DNA of 64,000 nucleotides from Alphaproteobacteria bacterium (GTDB lineage Bacteria; Pseudomonadota; Alphaproteobacteria; JAGOMX01): NCBI GenBank assembly GCA_041738135.1, contig JBGSQK010000018.1, positions 4,103 to 68,102 of the forward strand, read 5' to 3'. Shown piece by piece: positions 59,313 to 64,000 of this stretch (position 1 is its first letter; each line of letters starts with the position of its first letter). The notes under the pieces were generated by a model. It saw only the letters and a program-made list of their open reading frames with translations, ran no database searches and was not told where the DNA came from. The position numbers and the translations under genes were made by a program.

Positions 59313-61604
59313 ATGACACACGCAAAAAGCCCTTCTCTGCTATATTTAGTAGCACTCACATTAACACTGACTTCACAAAGCACAGCCAGCACCTTTAATT
59401 GGGGCTTCGAAGAAGATGATGTGCTTACCCCAAAGCAAATCAAAAAACCAGCTGCGACCAAAAGGAAAAGGGACGCTCATGTTCAATGGGATCTAGAAGA
59501 AGTAGAGGAAGATGATGTCGCCAAAGCTATACCCCATAAGAAAAAAAACAAGGCCTCTATCGTTGCAGCCAGTCAAGGCGGTTGGCTTGGAATAAGTGAT
59601 GAAACCAAAAATCCAAAAGCAAAAAAACCCTCAAAAACGAAGGCTAAAAGACCCGTTGTATCAGATGATGAGGTAGATGACGGACCTATTGCTGCGAGAA
59701 AGAAATCGAGAAAATCCAAATCCTGGTACAAAGCAGGCGACTACGCGACTCTAAATAAAGGCACTGACCTGACGGGTCCCGATTTCTTAGGTGAAATTAG
59801 CCAACTGGATCTAGATGACATCGAAGAGATCCTTACATCGGTTAAAGGGGTGGAACTCGATGACGAAGCTCGTGAAATCTTAGGTCTTATAACGCTTAAG
59901 AAGAAGATGGAATTGGCAGCCATGGAACGCCAATTGGAAAAGGATGATTCAGAAGACTTAGAAGAAAACCTAGTCTCCATCGAGGATCTTGTTAGTGGCT
60001 CTCGTAAGAAAGATAAAGGCGAGTTGGGGGTTTGGGAAGCACAAATAGAACATCTCAAATCCGTTCCAAAGGTTTATGCATATGCAAAAGAGCTTGCAAA
60101 AGACGTAGAATTATTAGGTGCGGGATCTGAAGCTGGAGCTATTAAGAAGTCACAACTAAAACTTATCATAGGCCTGCCTTGGGATAAAACCTCTGAGATC
60201 AAGATAGACATTCAAAAAGGAAAAAAAATTCTCGATGACAGCCATTTTGGTATGGAAAAGATCAAAGAGCGCATACTAGAGTATTTGGCCGTACAAAAAC
60301 GTGATCCTGATGCTAAGGGTAACATCCTATGCTTTGTTGGCCCCCCAGGTGTGGGTAAAACGACCCTTTGTGAAGCCATTGCTGAAGCTACTGGCCGCAA
60401 ATTCGTAAGCGTCGCTCTAGGCGGCGTGCATGATGAGCCGCTCATACGCGGACATGCGCCTGCTTATATAGGTGCTGGACCTGGTCAAATAGCAAAGAAA
60501 TTAAAGCTAGCAGGGGTTAACAATCCTTTGATGCTATTGGACGAGATCGATAAGTTGGGAGAGGGCGGTTCTAATGGAAACCCTGCTTACGCCTTGCTTG
60601 AAGTGTTAGATCCGGCTCAAAACAAAGAGTTTGAAGACCATTTCATCGATGACTTGCCCCTAGATTTATCTAAAATCATGTTTGTCACGACGGCTAATAC
60701 GGAAGAGAAGATCTACGAGCCTTTAAGGGACAGGTTGGAAATCATTCATTTGTCTAGTTATACCAACATAGAAAAGCTGCAGATAGCACTTAAATATCTG
60801 GTGCCTAAGATGAAAAAGGAGAATAAAATAAACAATGGAGAATTGCATATTCGTACAGCAACTATAGCGCGGCTAATCGAGCAATATACACAAGAAGCAG
60901 GTGTTCGTAGCCTATCTAAACTGATTGCTAAGCTCTGCCGAAAAGTAGTCAAACAGAATACGGATCTGGGTAAAATTGAACGGGTTATTATGGAACCTAA
61001 CATGCTCGAAAAGTACCTAGGACCGCCAAAACATCTGAAGGAAAAGCCTCTAGAAAGAGATATGGTTGGTCACTGCATGGGTCTTTATTATACTACTATG
61101 GGCGGCGGTATTTTGCCCATCGAAGTGGCCATAAGTGAAGGTGATGGCAAGATCTTGCGAACAGGTGCTTTGGGCGAAGTGATGAAGGAATCCGTCGATG
61201 CAGCTTGGTCGGTGGCAAGAACTCTTGTTGGTAAATACAACGTAACAGAGGCCTCCATTAAGGACAAGAACGTCCATGTGCACTTCTACGAAGCTTCTAC
61301 TCCAAAAGATGGCCCATCAGCTGGTGCAGCCATCACAACAACCATGGTATCTGCCTTAGGTAAAATGGCTATACGCAAAGATGTCTGTATGACGGGTGAA
61401 ATCACTTTGGGAGGCACGGTACAAGCTATCGGCGGTCTTAAGGATAAGCTCATTGGCGCGCATCGTGTAGGCATGAAGATTGCCATGATACCAAAGGACA
61501 ATATACCCGATCTACAGGATGTTCCTGAAGTGGTGAAGAAGGGGTTGAAAATCATACCTGTAAGTCACATCTCTGAAGTATTAGACATTGCCTTGGTTAA
61601 ATGA
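59313..61604 (+). CDS. Lon-family protease (AAA+ plus S16 peptidase) with N-terminal LON domain replaced by signal-peptide-like leader and Lys/acidic-rich region
   Basis: LIIGLPWDKT...ILDDSHFGMEKIKERILEYLAV, Walker A CFVGPPGVGKTT, LLDEIDKLG, and catalytic Ser in PKDGPSAGAA. The first ~150 aa are hydrophobic leader, NWGFEEDD, and KRKR/KKxK tracts. Confidence 0.8.
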   Translation: MTHAKSPSLLYLVALTLTLTSQSTASTFNWGFEEDDVLTPKQIKKPAATKRKRDAHVQWDLEEVEEDDVAKAIPHKKKNKASIVAASQGGWLGISDETKNPKAKKPSKTKAKRPVVSDDEVDDGPIAARKKSRKSKSWYKAGDYATLNKGTDLTGPDFLGEISQLDLDDIEEILTSVKGVELDDEAREILGLITLKKKMELAAMERQLEKDDSEDLEENLVSIEDLVSGSRKKDKGELGVWEAQIEHLKSVPKVYAYAKELAKDVELLGAGSEAGAIKKSQLKLIIGLPWDKTSEIKIDIQKGKKILDDSHFGMEKIKERILEYLAVQKRDPDAKGNILCFVGPPGVGKTTLCEAIAEATGRKFVSVALGGVHDEPLIRGHAPAYIGAGPGQIAKKLKLAGVNNPLMLLDEIDKLGEGGSNGNPAYALLEVLDPAQNKEFEDHFIDDLPLDLSKIMFVTTANTEEKIYEPLRDRLEIIHLSSYTNIEKLQIALKYLVPKMKKENKINNGELHIRTATIARLIEQYTQEAGVRSLSKLIAKLCRKVVKQNTDLGKIERVIMEPNMLEKYLGPPKHLKEKPLERDMVGHCMGLYYTTMGGGILPIEVAISEGDGKILRTGALGEVMKESVDAAWSVARTLVGKYNVTEASIKDKNVHVHFYEASTPKDGPSAGAAITTTMVSALGKMAIRKDVCMTGEITLGGTVQAIGGLKDKLIGAHRVGMKIAMIPKDNIPDLQDVPEVVKKGLKIIPVSHISEVLDIALVK

Positions 61605-61676
61605 TTCGTAACGGAAGAGCCTTGAATTTCAAGGCTCTTCCATCTACTATCTTAGTAATCATTTAGGGAGATCAAT

Positions 61677-63881
61677 ATGTTTAAACCAAGTACTTTCATG
61701 CGTCACACCTTAATTATCCCCTTTATCCTATTAACGAATGCCCACGCAAGCGAAATGAGTGATCCATCAATGGCCGTAGAATCCGAGTTAAAGAAACAAA
61801 AAGTGCAAGTACCTCAAGCGGAAGCTAGACCTACGTCTAGGTCTTTTCACAACGGTGCGTTTACTTTGACAGATGATTTTTCTTGGTTGCGAGATCCCAC
61901 TTGGAAGCAGGCCAAGGATGGAATTCAAGATTCTCAAATCATGGATTATATTAAGCAAGAAGAAGCATATACGGATGAATTTCTAGCACCATTAAAGCCG
62001 ACCATTGATGAGTATGTTAAACTTAGATTGGCTATGATCGCTGAGGCAGAGAATTCCTATCCAGCCTTGGATCATGAATACTATTATTTCTCGCGCACCA
62101 GTAATAAGACTCAATATCCGGTATATTTCAGGTTTAAAAAAGCTCAAACGCCGGAAGATGCAGTGGCATATTTTGATGGAAACAAGGAAGCCGAAGGGCA
62201 TAAATTCTTTAGTTTATCCTCTTTGGATGTCAGTCCTAACGGTCAGCTTTTGGCTTATGCTACGGATACGGCTGGCAATGAAAAATATACGGTCCGAATA
62301 CGTAATCTGATAACTGGTGCTGAATTGTCAGATACTCTATCAGAGATTAACGGCTCTGTTACTTGGACAGCTGATAACAATGGTTTTTACTATGTGCGTA
62401 GAAACGAAAATGACCGTCCGCAATTTATCTATTATCATGTGCTGGGAACAGATCAAGAAACCGATCAACTGCTTTATACGGAACAAGACGAAACTGCATA
62501 TATGGGAATAGGGTCTTCATCAGATGAGCAATATCTGTTTATAGTATCTTCCACTTCCGATGAGACAGGATTACAAGCCATAAAGTTGGGCCCTGTGGTG
62601 GATCATAGCATCTACAATCTGGTGGACAGAAAGCCAAATCGTAAAGTGGATATTGAGCATAAGGATGGTTACTTTTATATGCTGACCAATGATAGGGGGG
62701 ATAACTTCCGCCTTGTGAAAACGGCTGTGGGACAGGTTCAGAATGATCATGCTTGGCAAGAGATCTTGCCGGTAGATAAGAACCGTTATCTGACAGATAT
62801 TAAGGTGGCTGCCAAGGGCATTGCCGTTGCATCCAGGAATGGGGGCTTGACCGAGATCGGTGTTTTGGACGAGCAAAACCGAACCCTGCATTTGATTCCC
62901 ATGCCAGAAAAAGCCTATGATGCGACTTTGAAGGGCATGGATTATGAGGCGGATTATCTGCGGTTTTCCTATTCTTCCCTATCGAAGCCACCTTCTACTA
63001 TTGAGGCGAGTTTTGACACTCTTCAAACTTTTGTGCGTAAGGTAAGGGAGCTGCCTTGCGGTCATAATCCGGACAATTATGTGACGGACCGACTTTTTAT
63101 CGATGCTAGGGATGGGGTGAAGGTGCCTGTGTCCTTAGTTTATAAGAAGGACAGGTATGTGCAGGATGGTACGAAACCCTTGTTCTTATATGGCTATGGT
63201 TCTTATGGCATAAATATTGACCCTGAATTTTTGGACTGGATTCTGCCCCTTTTGGATAAAGGTTTTGTCTATGCCATAGCCAATGTGCGGGGCGGATCTG
63301 AGATGGGATATGGATGGTATTTAGACGGTAAGATGGAAAAAAAGGACAACACCTTTAACGACTTTATCGACGTGGCACAAGGCTTGATTCAGCAGAAATA
63401 TACCTCGAAAGGTAATATCACTGCCTTTGGAGGTAGTGCTGGGGGTCTTCTTATGGGGGCTGTTGCCAATAAGGCTCCTGAGCTCTTTAAAAGCATGGTA
63501 TCTATGGTTCCCTTTGTAGATTTGATCAACACCATGTTAGACGGCAGTTTGCCTTTAACACCTGGCGAATATCAGGAGTGGGGCAATCCTGAAAGTGATC
63601 CTGAGGTTTATGCTCGATTGCTTAGTTATTCACCTTATGACAACCTGAGCGCTGGTATAAACTATCCCGCTATGTATGTCACGGGTGGTATCTATGACTT
63701 CCGTGTCACCTATTGGGAAATGCTGAAATATGTGGCCAAGTTGCGGCATGTATCACCGGAAACCCCTGTATGGCTGAGGATGAAAACAGCAGGTCATGGC
63801 GGCGGCACGGCTCTTGAAGATAAATTGCGTGAACGAGGTGAGGTTTACGCATTTGCGCTGAAAATGCATGGTTTGCTTTAA
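61677..63881 (+). CDS. ptrB: oligopeptidase B / prolyl oligopeptidase family (S9A) with N-terminal signal peptide extension
   Basis: 734 aa. N-terminal beta-propeller, C-terminal alpha/beta hydrolase with GGSAGG nucleophile. A ~55-aa N-terminal extension with a hydrophobic leader precedes the conserved FSWLRD start region. Confidence 0.75.
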   Translation: MFKPSTFMRHTLIIPFILLTNAHASEMSDPSMAVESELKKQKVQVPQAEARPTSRSFHNGAFTLTDDFSWLRDPTWKQAKDGIQDSQIMDYIKQEEAYTDEFLAPLKPTIDEYVKLRLAMIAEAENSYPALDHEYYYFSRTSNKTQYPVYFRFKKAQTPEDAVAYFDGNKEAEGHKFFSLSSLDVSPNGQLLAYATDTAGNEKYTVRIRNLITGAELSDTLSEINGSVTWTADNNGFYYVRRNENDRPQFIYYHVLGTDQETDQLLYTEQDETAYMGIGSSSDEQYLFIVSSTSDETGLQAIKLGPVVDHSIYNLVDRKPNRKVDIEHKDGYFYMLTNDRGDNFRLVKTAVGQVQNDHAWQEILPVDKNRYLTDIKVAAKGIAVASRNGGLTEIGVLDEQNRTLHLIPMPEKAYDATLKGMDYEADYLRFSYSSLSKPPSTIEASFDTLQTFVRKVRELPCGHNPDNYVTDRLFIDARDGVKVPVSLVYKKDRYVQDGTKPLFLYGYGSYGINIDPEFLDWILPLLDKGFVYAIANVRGGSEMGYGWYLDGKMEKKDNTFNDFIDVAQGLIQQKYTSKGNITAFGGSAGGLLMGAVANKAPELFKSMVSMVPFVDLINTMLDGSLPLTPGEYQEWGNPESDPEVYARLLSYSPYDNLSAGINYPAMYVTGGIYDFRVTYWEMLKYVAKLRHVSPETPVWLRMKTAGHGGGTALEDKLRERGEVYAFALKMHGLL

Positions 63882-63895
63882 ATAATAGGGGCCAC

Positions 63896-63931
63896 CTGTC
63901 TAGTAAATAGATAGGTGGTCTCTTTATAGCG
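63896..63931 (+). terminator. putative terminator hairpin after ptrB (CCACCTGTCTA-GTAAA-TAGATAGGTGG)
   Basis: An 11-bp stem with one mismatch, followed by TCTCTTTAT. Confidence 0.4.
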
Positions 63932-64000
63932 CACGTGAACGTGCTACACCAATGCGAACATAGGTGAGCCTGTGCTGCTGTATCAGAATATGCAGTATGT

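Noticed and set aside
1-64000. Searched for tRNA/rRNA genes, CRISPR arrays, transposases, integrases and phage structural genes
   Set aside because: No T-arm or GTTCGAATCC-type motifs in any intergenic region. No direct-repeat/spacer arrays. No DDE/tyrosine recombinase-like ORFs. Accessory regions therefore lack obvious mobility genes in this window.

Overview
This window reads as the origin-proximal chromosome of an alphaproteobacterium with moderate GC content. The evidence for that is the hemE-hemH-hemJ, rho, rsmG-parA-parB gene order with a perfect consensus parS site. The gene content looks like a host-associated Rickettsiales/Holosporales-type organism, but that is inference only. The housekeeping backbone is as follows.

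- **Heme and origin block:** hemE (partial), hemH, hemJ, rho, rsmG, parA and parB.
- **General metabolism and repair:** comM/yifB, gshB, rsmI, yraN, lpoA, alaS, recA, tadA, comF and fumC.
- **Envelope and translation:** yfgM-bamB-der, nrdAB and leuS-lptE-holA.

There are no tRNA or rRNA genes, no CRISPR array and no recognisable transposase or integrase.

Accessory content interleaved with the backbone:

- A partial Tad/Flp pilus locus (TPR lipoprotein, cpaA-cpaB-cpaC-cpaD) with no pilin or ATPase gene.
- An orphan 603-aa RTX-repeat protein.
- An orphan Fic (AMPylase-motif) protein next to a PagL-like lipid A deacylase.
- A lipid-enzyme and small-secreted-protein islet: class-3 lipase, NAPE-PLD-like metallo-beta-lactamase (MBL)-fold hydrolase, stand-alone PhnA C-domain and MaoC dehydratase.
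- A redox-envelope cluster (ApbE / outer-membrane protein (OMP) / DUF3570-like / TlpA / DUF4266-like lipoprotein / DsbD).
- A run of three hydrolases that all carry N-terminal signal-peptide-like leaders, downstream of a 780-bp AT-rich palindrome-bearing region. The first two, a DEDDh exonuclease and a Lon protease missing its canonical N-domain, share a leader made of signal peptide, 'NWG' motif and histone-H1-like Lys-rich/acidic tracts. The third is an exported oligopeptidase B. This run is the most interesting candidate for an undescribed secreted effector or nucleic-acid/protein-degrading system.

Three GC-rich palindromic non-coding elements sit between convergent genes.

All product calls rest on motifs read by eye from the six-frame translations. 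No database search could be run.
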